From Antedon mediterranea (Eukaryota > Animalia > Echinodermata): a stretch of DNA of 64,000 nt. A model generated the notes under the pieces. The model had not been told where the DNA came from. It worked only from the letters and a program-made list of their open reading frames with translations, and made no database searches. The stretch is from contig NC_092673.1 in NCBI RefSeq assembly GCF_964355755.1, positions 6,014,001 to 6,078,000 of the forward strand, in the 5' to 3' direction. A program made the position numbers and the translations under genes. Positions 11,536 to 24,627 of the stretch are shown piece by piece. How positions within the stretch are numbered: position 1 is the stretch's first letter; each line of letters starts with the position of its first letter.

Positions 11536-11727
11536 CTAGATGCAGCAGAGGGGGAGCCTACAAGTTTTGTGTTTGCTAGTAAGAATGCTTTGAAAAGAGG
11601 CGGCAAGTTACTGATCCTTATCCATGGAAGTGGTGTGGTGCGTGCGGGCCAATGGGGAAGGAGGCTGATTATTAATGATGGCCTGGACACTGGAACACAA
11701 ATACCATACATTAAAATGGCAATGAAG
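11536..11727 (+). CDS. FAM172A: FAM172A/ARB2A-like exon C
   Basis: LDAAEGEPTSFVFAS..KLLILIHGSGVVRAGQWGRRLIINDGLDTGTQIPYIKMAMK|gtaata; hallmark IHGSGVVRAGQW. Confidence 0.95.
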
Positions 11728-12086
11728 GTAATAAAGTTGATTTATAATTTGTAAATACAAAATAAAATATGATGAGATCCATCTGAGATGTAAATGTTAA
11801 AATCAAATAAATTCATGAATTTAAAACCTAATGTTTGATTTTGCATAGTGATAGTATTACATTAACTTAAATATGTAAGAAAAATTCAAAGTTTTGATTT
11901 CAAAATTGTGTGGTTGTTTGTTTTTAATCAATTGCTGCTAGTTGTGTTTTCTACTATTTTCTTTCATTACATACAAACAACAAACAAAATTCATACAAAC
12001 TTTAATAATATTTAAAATGTGTTGTAATGATGACCTGATGAATAATGTGTGCTTACAATTTTGTTTACTTTATTGGCTTTTTTTAG

Positions 12087-12146
12087 GAAGGGTATGAAGT
12101 TCTTGTTTTGAACACAAATGAAAATGAAGATGGAAAAAAAATTAGA
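12087..12146 (+). CDS. FAM172A: FAM172A/ARB2A-like exon D
   Basis: tttag|EGYEVLVLNTNENEDGKKIR|gtaagc. Confidence 0.9.
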
Positions 12147-12280
12147 GTAAGCTAGTAATGACATGAAACAAACTATACATTTTATGTTGTTTATAATTTC
12201 CAACTGGAGAATGAATAATTATTATTGTTTTTGTCACTTAAAACTACTTTTTTGGCTTTTTCCAAAATATGTTTTTACAG

Positions 12281-12406
12281 GGTAGTGAAAATCCAGTAAA
12301 ACATGGAAAGTATGTTTTTGAGAAGCTACTAAATGTTGCACATGATACTAAAACTCATATAGCAATTGTTGCCCATGGTTATGGAGGATGTGTTGTGCTC
12401 AGCCTT
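12281..12406 (+). CDS. FAM172A: FAM172A/ARB2A-like exon E (AHGYGG in place of AHSYGG)
   Basis: ttacag|GSENPVKHGKYVFEK..IAIVAHGYGGCVVLSL|gtaagt. Confidence 0.9.
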
Positions 12407-12660
12407 GTAAGTAAACAATGTGTACAAAATATAATGTCAACATTTTATTGGCAGCTACTTGTTGGCAGACAATTAAATAGTAAATAGTTGTATAGACAGC
12501 ACACAATAGTCAGGCCTTACACATAGCTGACAGTGCAAATATTTACTTTTTGAATGGGAGAAAATAATGCACATAAAATGATACAAAATTCACCAATCAA
12601 ATGGCAAAGATACTCTTAAGCATACTAAAATTGATTCATCCTCATATCATTTTGTTCTAG

Positions 12661-12771
12661 CTTGATAATAAATTATTAGACAAGTGTGTATTTGCAATTG
12701 CATTTACTGATTTTGAACACCAGATAGGTTATCAATTGAGTTCACCTATGCATCGTGGATGGCTTATTCAG
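12661..12771 (+). CDS. FAM172A: FAM172A/ARB2A-like exon F
   Basis: ttctag|LDNKLLDKCVFAIAFTDFEHQIGYQLSSPMHRGWLIQ|gtattt; matches V.AVA.TDS.H. Confidence 0.85.
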
Positions 12772-12989
12772 GTATTTTAACTACTGTAGTACACCAGACG
12801 GCCCTAATCTAGATTCTAGACGGCTTAATTAATCAGCGTAATATTCATAATAATATTTATTTTGGCACACATGGCATTTCATATTAACTATACTAATTTA
12901 AATCAAAACACCTGTTGCCAATCAAAAAGAAACATATGTGTAGATAATTTTTACTAAAGTAGGCCTACAAGATATAGCAGGTTTTTAAA

Positions 12990-14049
12990 GGGTGTCACGA
13001 AACCTAAGATCACGAAAGCTCCGACCCCCTAACTAAGACCTAAGATCACGAAAGCTAAGACCCAACACCTAAGATTACAAATACTAAGATATACTACAGC
13101 TTAAAAACAATACTTGTTTATCCATACATAATTTTAAACACAGTAGGTTTAATTTATTACCATAAATATAATTTAATGCTACCGCAAAACATAGATAAAC
13201 TCACATTATTTTCGCCCGTTGAGTAAATGTATATTTTTTCTTTACAACAAACAAACTTGACGGGTTGTTTGTTGGTACATATTTACTCCATTGTGTTGGT
13301 TCAGAGGATGTTTTTTTTACGCACCTGCCTTTCTTGTATTTTGACTCCAAATTTGTTGACTAACTTTATCCTGAACACCACACTTTAAAATTAGGACTTA
13401 TAAGTACTTTCAGAAGGAGAAACACATAATAACAAATAAATAAATCCTTTAAATTGATGATTTTACAGATGTGTTTCTTTGTATACTGTAATGTAACTCC
13501 TCGAGCTCCCCATGCTCAATGTTTTTGTTTCTATGGAGCGCCAAAAGAGCAACAATAATAGTAAAAGTATAAAAACAGAAAGAAAACGAAACAAAAAACT
13601 TATCATGATTTTTAAATTAAAATTTATTTGCCAGTATTTATTTCTTCGTACTTGCATGATTATACTATTATCATTACAATTTTTATTTTACATTGTTCCA
13701 TCCACACTGTAGATGGACTCCACAGAGTTTTCAGCCCTCTATATAATTTTTGCTCTTTTGACGTTCCATAGAAACAAAAACATTGAACATGGCCCATGGG
13801 GTATACTACTACTGTACTGTAGGCTAGTCATTTTGTGTGCGAGAAAAACGTCTGTAAAATCATCAATTTAAAAATGTATTTGTTACTTTTTATGTGATTC
13901 TTTTTCATGAAAGTGCCAATTCTAAGGTGTGGTATTCAGAATAAATGTTGGGAGTTAAAATACAAGGCAGGTGCGAAAGATAAATATTTGTAATCTTAGG
14001 TCTTGGGTCTTAGCTTTCGTGATCTTAGGTCTTAGGTTTCGTGACACCC
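12990..14049. mobile_element. Mutator-like non-autonomous element with a 10-bp TSD
   Basis: TIR GGGTGTCACGAAACCTAAGA with subterminal ctaaga repeats; TSD ggtttttaaa at 12980-12989 and 14050-14059. Confidence 0.85.
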
Positions 14050-14238
14050 GGTTTTTAAATGTGTTTTAAAGATCTTATCCAAGACAATAATCTTTACTAA
14101 AGTAGGCCTACAAGATATAGCATGTTTTTAAATGTGTTTTAAAGATCTTATCCAAGACAATAATTTTTCTACCACCAGAACCACGGATTACACTATCCTT
14201 TTATTTATATACAGTATAATCAAATTTCTCTTTTTAAG

Positions 14239-14329
14239 CGGGCAAGAAATTGGGTTTCTTCTGATAAAGAGCTTGATGATTATCTTCCTCAAATGTTTTA
14301 TAAAAAAGATGTGGAGCAATATTCAGCTG
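14239..14329 (+). CDS. FAM172A: FAM172A/ARB2A-like exon G
   Basis: ttttaag|RARNWVSSDKELDDYLPQMFYKKDVEQYSA G|gtaagt; matches NWVSS..LD...SAG. Confidence 0.88.
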
Positions 14330-16239
14330 GTAAGTTTATTTTAATAGAGATTTATTTCTAAATACAGTAGAACCTTCATAAATGTATCAGTGCACCAGTA
14401 GATTTTTTTCATATTTACCAGCAACTCTATAAAAGAATCCATATATAAATTTACGTAAGGGCAAAATTCGGTAAATCGCGCGTTATTTCTAGAATGTTTA
14501 CTCGATGGTATATAAAGTTGGTTAGAATATCGGTACTGATTTTAACCACCTGATGTAACCCTGTTTACTAATTAAATTGAGTTAGATAATTAGTTGTTGA
14601 CAATTAAAACAAATTTAGGTCCAACGATTTGCCCCAAATAGGGGTGTTTTCCGATTGTGGTATACACTGTCTAATGGATGTCCTCTTGAAAAATACCTGC
14701 ACACAATAATACGAGGATGCTTCGCATTTTCCCATCTCCTCCTACGATATTTGTTTTTAATAGCTGAAAACCGGTTGAACAGCTCGAGTGCAGTATCATA
14801 ATGTTGATGTTGTTTTTCTTTAAAAAAATACTATTTTGATAGATTTAATATACGTTTAACAAATGTATTGATTTGCGATGAATGGAACATTCCAATCTCT
14901 CAGACTCCCACTTTGACAATATTGTAAATACGTATTAACCATTTTTGGTCGCCATTAGAATCGAAATTTTCTTACTGTGAATGTGGTTACTGTTAGATAT
15001 ATATACAAAGAACATTTATTACTGTGACTGTGGGTAGGCTCTACTGCTGGATATATAAACACATAATATACAAATAAAATCTTTATTACTGACAGTTGCT
15101 TCTCAACGTTTGTATTAATTAATAATTATTAAAAATATAAACGTTGTAGTGGTGTATCGTTACATGTACTTTACTATTTTAATCGACGATAACAGGGACA
15201 GTTTAAAAAAAGTATTAAATCGTAAATGTTTTACTGTGTTTAGTGGTATATTATTGATAGGCCTATAAAACATTTAAAACAATATTTCGTTACTGAGTGG
15301 ATAAAGAATATATTAAAAAATCGTTCTTCCCATCCTCTTCCCCATCCCTTAACTCTAATGTTATATACAAAACACAAATTGGGTTTTAAACAGTGCTTTG
15401 TTTATCCTAACAACACAGCCTAGTAACTACTAATCCGTGCAGTTCACGCTTCAGCAATTTGTAACTGTCCTTGAAACCGCTGGGTCATAAAGCTCAAGAG
15501 TGTCCAAAATTACTAGAGAAAATATCATGCTACATCTGTAATAAAACTGGCCACTTAGCAAAGAACTGTAAAAACAACACAAGCGATGCAGCAGAAAAAC
15601 AGCATCAAACATCAGAAACAAAACAGCATTTACCACAATTCTCTCAAATTGCTAGTGTCAGTGACGAAGAAAAAACCCATTCAGCCGAATGTAGTGAGGA
15701 AATCGAACTTGACAGTAATGCAAATGAAATGAAAGAAAATGAAAATGAAACGAGAAAAGACGTAATAGAAGTTCTTGAGGATCTGCTTAATAAACCTGCC
15801 AACCCAAAGAATACACCAGACTCTATTGAATTAGATGAAAGAGTACAACAAATTAGAAGAAGACCTACCCACAGAAAGTCAGGAACTCGATATCTCCAAG
15901 CAAGAAAAAAAAGAAGCAAAAAAGCGTGAAAAGAAGAAAACAAGTCAAGTAGATGCAAGTAAAGTCACAGATAAAGCTAACAGCAAAGGAATTAGACCAA
16001 CAGACTACGCTATTTCAGAGAAATCGGAAATACCCACAGTCAGTGAAGCCGCTACAGATAGGCAAAACTATGCTGCCGGAAAAAGAAATAAGCTAACAGA
16101 AAGTGGGGAAAAAACCATTGAAAAGTAAGGCAAACAATCAGACTCTGTAAGTTAAATCATATTCATGGCAATTTTTGTATTTTGACTTATATCTGTATTA
16201 ATATATTAGTCAAGAAAATAAAAAAAATATATATAAAAA

Positions 16240-17648
16240 ATGATAAAAAATAAAAAAAATAATTCTCTGCATTTAATGTCATTAAATGTTAGAGGTATGA
16301 GAAACAGTTATAAAATGAGAATGATTTTTAAATGGTTAGAAGAACAGAAAGTTGATATTGCTTTGTTACAAGAAACTCATTTTGATCAAAAATTAATAAG
16401 CTGTAATAGTATGTTATGGAAGGGTGAAATGTTCCATAGTTTTGGAACAACGACTAGCAGAGGTGTAACTATATTATTTAAGCCTGGTTTCGATATAAAA
16501 GATACAGAATGCAAATATATTGACGAAGAGGGTAGAATTATTATCCTTAGTGTAAAACACAATAATAATACATACAACTTAATAAATACATATGCCCCTA
16601 ATAATTATAAAGAAAGGGCATTGTTTTTTAAAAAACTAAAAAAAAAAGATTAATACATTGTGTAATAAAAATGAGGAATATATTATTATTGGAGGAGACA
16701 TGAACTGTATATTAGATAGAAACGTTGACCAGAAGAATAGTATACCAAGATACGATAATTCCCCACTGGTCTTTAAAAAATGCATGGCTAAACATAAATT
16801 AATAGACATCTGGAGACAACTCAATCACAATCACCTGGCGACGCAAAGATACTTACAGAAGGTTAGACTTTTGGAGTATACAGACATTCGGCCATCAATT
16901 CTTTCAGATCATCAAGCGATATCACTTAAGTTGTTTGATAATCAACACAAAAAAGGGCCTGGAATATGGAAAATAAATAATAGTATATTTTCTGATGAAG
17001 TATATTCCTCGACCATTAAAAAAATTATTGAAAAAGAAAAAAAAAATGAATATAACCTCAACCCTACCCAATTATGGGAACTTTTGAAAGTAAAAATAAA
17101 AGAATATATTCTGTTATAAAGAAAAAAGAAAGAAATAAAAAAAAAGAAAAGAGAAAGAACTTGCATTTAAATTAGACAATACATATGACATAAAGATGGA
17201 AAGTACATTAAAAAGCAAATCAAACGACTTGGAAAATATATATCTAATAGAAGCGCAAGGCGCCAAAATTCGATCCAGGATTGAATGGTTTGAGAAAGGA
17301 GAAAAAAATAATAAATTTTACCTAGGATTAGAAAAAAATAACGCAAAAAGGAAACATATTACAAAACTATTAAAAAATAATAGAAAATACACATCCAATG
17401 AAGATGAAATATTTAAAGAACAAGTAAGCTTTTATGAAAAGTTGTATGCATGTAAAACAATTCCACAGGGTAGGATAAATAAGTATGTAAGAAACGCTAA
17501 AATAAATACACTTTCTTATGACAACTCTGTGAAATGTGAAGGATTAATATCAGTAGAAGAACTTACAAATGCTATAGAAAAAATGAAACTCAACAAAAGT
17601 CCAGGTTCGGATGGTTTGAGTGTTGAAATTAAAAATATGTCGTCGTGA
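16240..17648 (+). pseudogene. L1/Tx1 ORF2 endonuclease and tower region, frameshifted, ending at the start of RT
   Basis: ORFs 16240, 16658 and 17196 in successive frames; ends at KSPGSDGLSVE. Confidence 0.85.
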
Positions 17649-18268
17649 GGTGGTTTCCCGAATGATCGTAAAATTAAAACGGTACTGGGTATGACCAACT
17701 AGCGTTATTGTCACCGGCTAGTCATCCATTCATAGAAGTACTAATGTAGTAGCCTACCTGTACGGTGACCATAGAATGTGACCCGAGGCATGACTAACTA
17801 CGACTTTTAGATGATAGAAAGTTGAGAAAAAATGTTATGAGTAGTTGTACGACATGAAGATGTTTATGAAATTATGTCAATAATGTTTACACACTAGGCC
17901 TAGGCATACAAATAGTAATGTTTGTTAGTAAAAATAATTTTGAGTTAATAAGAATAAGATATAAGGAAGAAAAGCAAAGAGACTATGGAGCGGCTATTCC
18001 TGAATATACAATACTAAGTATCGTAGATTTAAATTATAAATTTTAGGCGATCTTGTCAAAGGTCAAGCGCCATATAGTGGACTCTCTGAAGTTGAGTTGG
18101 GTTAAGAGACTGTTAAATCCTAACCCAGGTATTTGGAAATGTATTCCAAACTACTATGCATCCAGTTGATTATACTGTGAATTGTAGTAAATTAAATACT
18201 GAAGCGCATACTAAATTAAAAAATATGCCAGTATTTTATATAAATATGTTGAAAGCAGCTTTAAAGTT

Positions 18269-18566
18269 TTTAGTGAGATCCAACTTACCCACTATACTGT
18301 GTTGTGAGAGCATGCATTGGGTCCAAATATCATTAGTAACTTCTTATACTTGGCTCCGTAATTATATACACATAATATATTCCAATAATATAGTTTCTTC
18401 TGTACATGTACAGGATACGCAAAGTTCCTTGAGTTAACAAACAACGGTAAGTAAAACAAATACGTCCTGCTTGTTCGACGGTCGGTAGTTGAGAGAGAGA
18501 CAAAGAATAAAAAGGTTTGCATGCCGTTCGTTACACCTGCTAACACATATGCAAATTGCCTCTACA
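18269..18566 (-). repeat. 3' LTR of Gypsy 1
   Basis: Starts TGTAGAGGC and ends CACTAAA; about 3 substitutions versus the 5' LTR by eye. Confidence 0.88.
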
Positions 18567-18649
18567 TCAGCTCCCCTCTAGATCGCAAATGAAATGTTAG
18601 CGAGCGATGAATAAAAAAAAATGTTTCTAGTATAAAACTTCCAGCACAA

Positions 18650-21600
18650 TAATCATAATCTGCAAGCTTACGTGGCCAGTGTACATGTCGTCCGCTACGC
18701 GTTTGCCGTGGCGGAGGTGCGACTGGAATAGTACTTGCGGTTGAGGAAAGCACTGCTTCCGGTTGCCTTGACGATTCTGGAAAGTTGTTAATAGCTTTAT
18801 CATTATTAACATAGGCGACTTTTAGTCTGTCCAAACTAACAGTTTCATGTTTATCTGCGATGCTCAAAACAAAGTATTTGTCAGTTCTGTTTAAAACTTT
18901 AAATGGCCCATTGTAAGGAGACTGAAGAGGTTTCTTTACGCTATCGCAACGAACAAACACGTGAGTACATTCACGCAAATCGTCGTGGATTTGTGCGGTG
19001 CGTTGATTCGCTCGTGTTGGCACTGGTCGAATATTCTGCATGTGTGTGAATAGTGCCGATTCGAACTGACGACCGACCACGGTCTGTAGTGATGGTGGAT
19101 GGCGCGCCGAATCTGGATACCCAAACAGTGACAAACGCTTTGGCTACAGTTTCAGCGGTAATATTAGTGATTGATATGGCCTCTGGCCATCTTGTAAAGC
19201 GATCGATACATGTAAGTAGGTAAGTATAACCATCCGATGAAGGTAGTGGTCCTACCAAGTCTATGTGGACGTGGTCGAATCTTATGTCGGGCGTCGCAAA
19301 CGTACCTAATGGTGTTACAGTGTGGCGATGAACCTTATTCTTCTGGCATTTTAAACAACACTTAGCCCATGTCCACACATCACTGTTCATACCAGGCCAA
19401 ACATACCGTGAAGCGATTAATTTTAGTGAAGCTCGAATCCCTGGATGAGAAAGTGAATGCAAAGAGTCAAACACTAACCTACGCATACCTTTGGGCACGA
19501 ATGGTCTATGATTACCAGTAGTGACGTCTCTCAACTTGAAAACAGACTTATGCTGATGTTCGAGCAACTCCGCATCTTTTTGCTGGTGCCTAGCCATGAC
19601 GTCATAATCAATAGAAAGCTCCGATGAAGCTGACACTGCATTCAAGTCCATACGTGACAGTGCGTCTGCTACGGTATTCTCGCTACCCTTGACGTGTCGA
19701 ATGTCCGTGGTAAACTGTGAGATGTAGTCTAAGTGATGTATCTCTCGCGGCGAATATCGATCTGCGCTGGAATGTAGTGCGTGTGTTAAAGGTTTATGGT
19801 CAGTTAAGATATAAAATGTTCTAGCTTCTAAAACGTGGCGAAAATGCTTAACTGCAAGATAGGTAGCTAGTAATTCCCGTCCAAAAGTACTATATCTCCT
19901 TTCAACCGGATTTAGACGTCGGGAAAAAAATGCAAGTGGATGCCAAATCTCTGCTACCATTTGTTGCAATACACCACCTACAGCGCAATTTGACGCATCT
20001 ACCATTAAACACAATGCAGCGTCAGGATGTGGATGTTCTAGAAGAGTTGATTCGACGAGTGCATACTTGACCTTGTTGAACGATTCAATTTCCGTCTGAG
20101 ATAGTTCAATCGCCTTTTTAGGTTTACCGACAAGTAAATCAGTTAATGGATGAATCAAATCCGAACATCTAGGTATAAACCGTCTGTAGAAATTAATTAA
20201 TCCCAGAAACTCACGTAACTTACGCACAGTATCTGGTACTGGAAACTGTTCAATCGCCTCAATCTTGGAACACAATGGCTGTATCCCAAACTCGTTAATT
20301 TGATGACCTAAAAATTGTAGTGAAGACACACCCCATACACACTTGGACGGATTAACAATGATACCAAATTCATCGAGACGTTTAAAAAGTGCCTGAAGAT
20401 GCAATTCATGTTCAGCAGTATCCATGCTGGCACGAAATTCATACCCCGCAACACCTGGTCAATAAAACGCTGAAATGACTGTGCCGCATTTCGAAGACCA
20501 AATGGCATTCTTAAGAACTCGAACATGCCAAACGGCGTAGTAATAGCGGTTTTTGAAATGTCTTTAGGATCGACGGGTATTTGATGATATGCACGTACCA
20601 AATCTATCTTAGAAAAAATCTTGCATCCCGAGAGAGTCGCGGTAAAGTCATGAATGTGAGGGATGGGGTACATATCTGGAACAGTCACATTATTTAACGC
20701 TCGGTAGTCCCCACATGGCCTCCAATCACCTGTTGTTCCTTTAGGCACCATGTGTAGCGGCATCGACCAGTTACTATCTGAGGGCCGTATAATTCCTAAT
20801 TGTAACATATGATCAAATTCAGCCCGTGCAATTTTCAATTTCTCAGAAGACAGTCGGCGAGGTCTGGCACAAACTGGCAACCCATTTGTATTTATCTGAT
20901 GTGTAACGTTATGTTTCACACTTCCATTACGAAAACATGGTTTGGTAATCGTTTTATATTTGTTTAATATTTCCCGAAAACGAGGATTTACTTTTGGGGT
21001 CGGAAAGACCGGACTAAGTGATGCTAGGGTACATTCTATTCCCTTGACAGTGATACTAGTAGTAGCATCGAAAAGTTTGCGATTTTTTAAGTCCACAATT
21101 AAACCAAAACGTCGTAAAAAGTCGGCCCCAACAATCGCATTAGGCACATCAGCAACAGTAAATATCCACCTATACGTGCGTCGAAATCCAAAATCAACTG
21201 TTAAGGAACGCTCCCCATAAGTAGATATTGTAGATTTGTTTACTGCTTGCAATACAAAGTCAGTTTTTCGGTGCAACTTGTCTGTTATTGATGGAGGTAA
21301 CACGCTAACCTCCGCTCCAGTGTCAACTAAGAATCTAAGTCCCGAAGTACGATCAGAAATAACAAGGCCAACAGCCATTAAGTCGCGTGCTACAATGCAT
21401 AGTGATACCGGACCGACCGACAGACAGACCGACCGACCGACATAGTGAACTATACTGACCAAAATTACTGAACATGTTTAAAAATGTTGAAATGTTTAAA
21501 AACATTTATATTTTTTTAATTTACACGTGCGTAGCCTGTCACTTTTGACGTGCTCGTATAACGTAATTTCGAGTTGAAAAGTAAGTGAAGAAAACAGAAA

Positions 21601-22140
21601 TCGGGCAAAAAGAGTGTGCAACAACATTTAACGCGCAGTGCGCGCGCAAAAATATGCGCACTCATGGCAATTTTGTAAACGCTTAAAATTGCCTGAAACG
21701 TACTCTTATTTCATAGAAAATAAATTTTGAAAATTTTAAGCGCACGTACGCATGCGTTACATGCGCTACGCACGTAATTGTATTGCCATATGATGATTTA
21801 TGCCCTGAAATTTATGAGTACCAAATTTTATTTAATTGTGATTCATGGTTGTGAAGATATGATTACAAACGTGATTTCGTTAAATCGTGCGTAGACCGCG
21901 TAATTTTTTATTGCGCACCGTGAAAACATAACCACATCGATTCCTGGCCATAAGGAATATACTGTGAAAAATTGACCTAGCTAGATTAAACTGATATCAA
22001 GATAAGGTCAGAAAGCGATAAAACGCATAGTGATACCGGACCGACAGACCGACCGACCGACATAGTGAACTATAGAGTCGCTTCCACGCGACTAAAAAAT
22101 AGACAACTACCTTCGCCAACGCCAGCAGCTGTCGCCGTCT
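18650..22140 (-). pseudogene. Gypsy 1 pol (protease, RT, RNase H, integrase), frameshifted and HINE-interrupted
   Basis: [72 protein letters not shown]; the YxDD segment is deleted near 20425. Confidence 0.9.
21361..22098 (-). mobile_element. Helentron-associated (HINE/DINE-1-like) non-autonomous element, copy 1
   Basis: - strand reads TTTTTAGTCGCGTG..(GTCG/GTCT)n microsatellite..CACGCGACT, a short hairpin, then CTTGTT; inserted in a T-run without a TSD. Confidence 0.75.
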
Positions 22141-22939
22141 CTAGTCGCTGGCTTGGTCGTTTCCCGCCTTCTGTGAGGAAAAAGAGCATGGTGAATTACA
22201 TTTATGTGCCTGGTTACCATATCGATGATGATACCAGCATAAACCATCATTAGATGTAGCAGAGGGCGAGCGTTTTCGGCCTTCACGTAGTTTACTACGG
22301 CTTCTGCCTCTGACTTGTTTCGCCAAGGAAGAAACGAGGCTGGTCAGCTTACTAACTTCAGCTCTCAATTCTCGTAATTCGTCTGACGTTGCGCGTGCAC
22401 CTGTATCCTTAATTGTCGTGGCAATAGTAGGTGGTGGTGGAGAAACTTCCAAAAGTTTATCGGCCAACGCTGCCAGATCTGAAAGGTCCATATCCTCACG
22501 GGTGGACGCTAATATCAATTGAACATTAGTAGGCAATCTTTGCACAAACTACTGCTTCAGGATGGATGTCTCTAAATCACGATTCCCCAGCAATTGGTAC
22601 ATCTTGCGTAGTAACTGACTAGGCTTGCGATCACCTAATTCTTCCGTTGTTAACAACTGATGAAGACGCTTTTGCTCCGACACGGATGTCCTTTTAACCA
22701 ATTCCGATTTCAAATGGGTATATGGTCTCTGGTATGGAGGGCTTAGCAATAAATCCCGAACCTCTTGTGCGATATTAGGCGGTAACAAACTGAGCCTCCA
22801 CTTGCGCAAACCAAATAAGTGGGTCATTCGGCCAAAATGGCGGCAATTTTAAACTTACAGCAGCCGCAACAGGTGGTGCCTCATCCATTCTAGCGGCCAT
22901 TTTGATCGGTGTAGCTCTTACCGGAGAAGGTCTCGCCAT
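22141..22939 (-). pseudogene. Gypsy 1 gag, frameshifted
   Basis: [52 protein letters not shown]. Confidence 0.88.
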
Positions 22940-23031
22940 AATTCAATTCACGTATCAAACAACGACAACTCAAAGTAATCTTGCAACAACGACGAAGAAA
23001 AATATTAAAATATTCAAAGCACTCTCGTTTG

Positions 23032-23049
23032 ATCACGTCGGGGTCACCA
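23032..23049 (-). other. Primer-binding site of Gypsy 1 (tRNA-Trp)
   Basis: TGGTGACCCCGACGTGAT one base after the 5' LTR; complementary to the tRNA-Trp 3' end. Confidence 0.88.
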
Positions 23050-23292
23050 CTTTAGTGAGATCCAACTTACCCACTATACTGTGTTGTGAGAGCATGCATT
23101 GGGTCCAAATATCATTAGTAACTTCTTATACTTGGCTCCGTAATTATATAAACATAATATATTCCAATAATATAGTTTCTTCTGTACATGTACAGGATAC
23201 GCAAAGTTCCTTGAGTTAACAAATAACGGTAAGTAAAACAAATACGTCCTGCTTGTTCGACGGTCGGTAGTTGAGAGAGAGAGACAAAGAAT

Positions 23293-24083
23293 AACAAGGC
23301 CAACAGCCATTAAGTCGCGTGCTACAATGCATAGTGATACCGGACCGACAGACAGACCGACAGACAGACAGAGAGACCGACCGACCGACATAGTGAACTA
23401 TACTGACCGAAATTACTGAACATGTTTAAAAATGTTGAAATGTTTAAAAACATTTATTTTTTTTTAATTTACACGTGCGTAGCCTGTCACTTTCGACGTG
23501 CTCGTATAACGTAATTTCGAGTTGAAAAGTAAGTCAAGAAAACAGAAATCGGGCAAAAAGAGTGCGCAATAACATTTAACGCGCAGTGCGCGCGCAAAAA
23601 TATGCGCACTCATGGCAATTTTGTAAACGCTTAAAATTGCCTGAAATGTACTCTTATTTCATCGAAAATAAATTTTGAAAATGTTAAGCGCGCGTACGCA
23701 TGCGTTACATGCGCTACGCACGTAATTGTATTGCCATATGATGATTTATGCCCTGAAATTTATGAGTACCAAATTTTATTTAATTGTGATTCATGGTTGT
23801 GAAGATATGATTACAAACGTGATTTCGTTAAATCGTGCGTAGACCGCGTCATTTTTTATTGCGCACCGTGGAAACATAACCACATTGATTCCTGGCCATA
23901 AGGAATATACTGTGAAAAATTGACCTAGCTAGATTAAACTGATATCAAGATAAGGTCAGAAAGCGATAAAACGCATAGTGATACCGGACCGACAGACAGA
24001 CAGACAGACCGACAGACAGACCGACAGACAGACCGACAGACAGACCGACATAGTGAACTATAGAGTCGCTTCCACGCGACTAA
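23293..24083 (-). mobile_element. HINE/DINE-1-like element, copy 2, inside the Gypsy 1 5' LTR
   Basis: Same sequence as the 21361 copy; absent from the 3' LTR, which shows the empty site aaagaataaaaaggtttg. Confidence 0.78.
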
Positions 24084-24498
24084 AAAGGTTTGCATGCCGT
24101 TCGTTACACCTGCTAACACAAATGCAAATTGAGGAATTACGGCTGAGGAAACAAAGTATTTGATAATGGAATAGCCCATGGGGGATGGGAACCCTGCTGG
24201 ACACCCAAGCCTAGAGAGCTGTATCCAAGGAGACATCTTTCTCTTTGGCCTGGGTGACTGGCAGGGAGAGGTGTGTTCTCCTTGCTATAAAGCAAATAAT
24301 AAATGCTAAAATGTATAAGTAAATTAAACTGCTATAAACTGAGCCTGTTTTGCTTGCCTGTTTTGCTTGCCTATTAAACATTCCAATAAATGTTTTTTGT
24401 GAGATAAAATCAAGACGATTTACCTGGTACTGTATCATTATTGTTGCACGTGTCAACCGCAATCCCACACAAGTTAGGGAGGCCGGAGCCTTTTACAG

Positions 24499-24516
24499 TG
24501 GTGTCAGAAGTGGGAT
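24499..24516 (+). other. Primer-binding site of Gypsy 2 (tRNA-Leu); duplicate at 27189-27206
   Basis: TGGTGTCAGAAGTGGGAT one base after the LTR end. Confidence 0.85.
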
Positions 24517-24627
24517 TGAACACAAGACAAGATAAAGGTAAAAAGTACGTTATTTAAGGAAGCAGCCCCAGTTTATGGAAGACCTATACTTTTTACATAA
24601 TCATATTATAATTATATACTTTTTACG

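Larger units (their letters stand above)
18269..24130 (-). mobile_element. Ty3/Gypsy LTR retrotransposon 1 (Mag-like), decayed
   Basis: 3' LTR 18566-18269 preceded by PPT AGAGGGGAGCTGA; 5' LTR ~24130-23051 (HINE-interrupted); tRNA-Trp PBS; gag-PR-RT-RH-IN order. Confidence 0.93.

Noticed and set aside
15387-15479. Twin-priming 5' inversion of the first L1
   Set aside because: ORF1 does break here, but without an intact reference copy the origin of this 90 bp cannot be supported
23074-24236. ORFs such as MSVGRSLCLSVG.. and DRQTDRQT..
   Set aside because: Artefacts of the HINE tetranucleotide microsatellite and LTR sequence
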